The notes below the pieces were generated by a model. It was not told the DNA's origin, did no database searches, and saw nothing but the letters and a program-made list of their open reading frames with translations. Of a DNA stretch of 64,000 nucleotides, positions 63,826 to 64,000 are shown in pieces. The position numbers and the translations under genes were made by a program. Source of the stretch: Chiloscyllium plagiosum (Eukaryota); contig NC_057718.1 in NCBI RefSeq assembly GCF_004010195.1, positions 103,306,754-103,370,753 on the forward strand, given 5' to 3'. The first letter of the stretch is position 1, and the number at the start of each line of letters is the position of its first letter.

Positions 63826-64000
63826 GCATTGGACAGGGTGCAGATGCTATTTACAAGAACATTGGAGAGGGAGTGGATGGTATTCATAAGAATATTAGAG
63901 AGGGTGCAGATGCTATTCAGAAGAACATTGGAAAGGGTGAAGATGTTATTCACAAAAACATTGGAGAGGGTGCGGATGGTACTCACAGGAACATTGAGGA
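63826..64000 (+). repeat. 33-bp minisatellite, runs off the window end
   Basis: At least 5 units of cattggagagggtgcagatgctattcacaagaa. Confidence 0.9.

Overview
Repeat-rich vertebrate genomic DNA, almost certainly from a shark or other elasmobranch (inferred from HE1-type V-SINEs with CR1/HER1-like partner LINEs). No recognisable protein-coding gene is present. The long ORFs in the track are microsatellite, N-gap or retroelement artefacts. About 1-53 kb is a mosaic of CR1 and L2-group LINE fragments, three SINE families, one or two solo LTRs, micro- and minisatellites, and many Penelope-like element (PLE) derivatives. The main finding is that four distinct PLE families here (called A-D) each carry a minimal hammerhead ribozyme motif (CUGANGA-stem II-GAAA-palindromic stem III-NUH). 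Many copies are short, ORF-less fold-back units with 11-16 bp target-site duplications (TSDs) and a fixed 3' end. Several single-arm copies start at, or within about 5 nt of, the ribozyme core. About 53.4-59.7 kb has no recognisable interspersed repeat, is CpG-richer and carries Pbx-Hox/Meis/Fox/Sox motifs, suggesting a constrained regulatory block. A few candidate exons are noted at low confidence. Four N gaps: 43988-44162, 59245-59250, 59777-60184, 61333-61917. Element boundaries were read by eye and are approximate unless a TSD is given.
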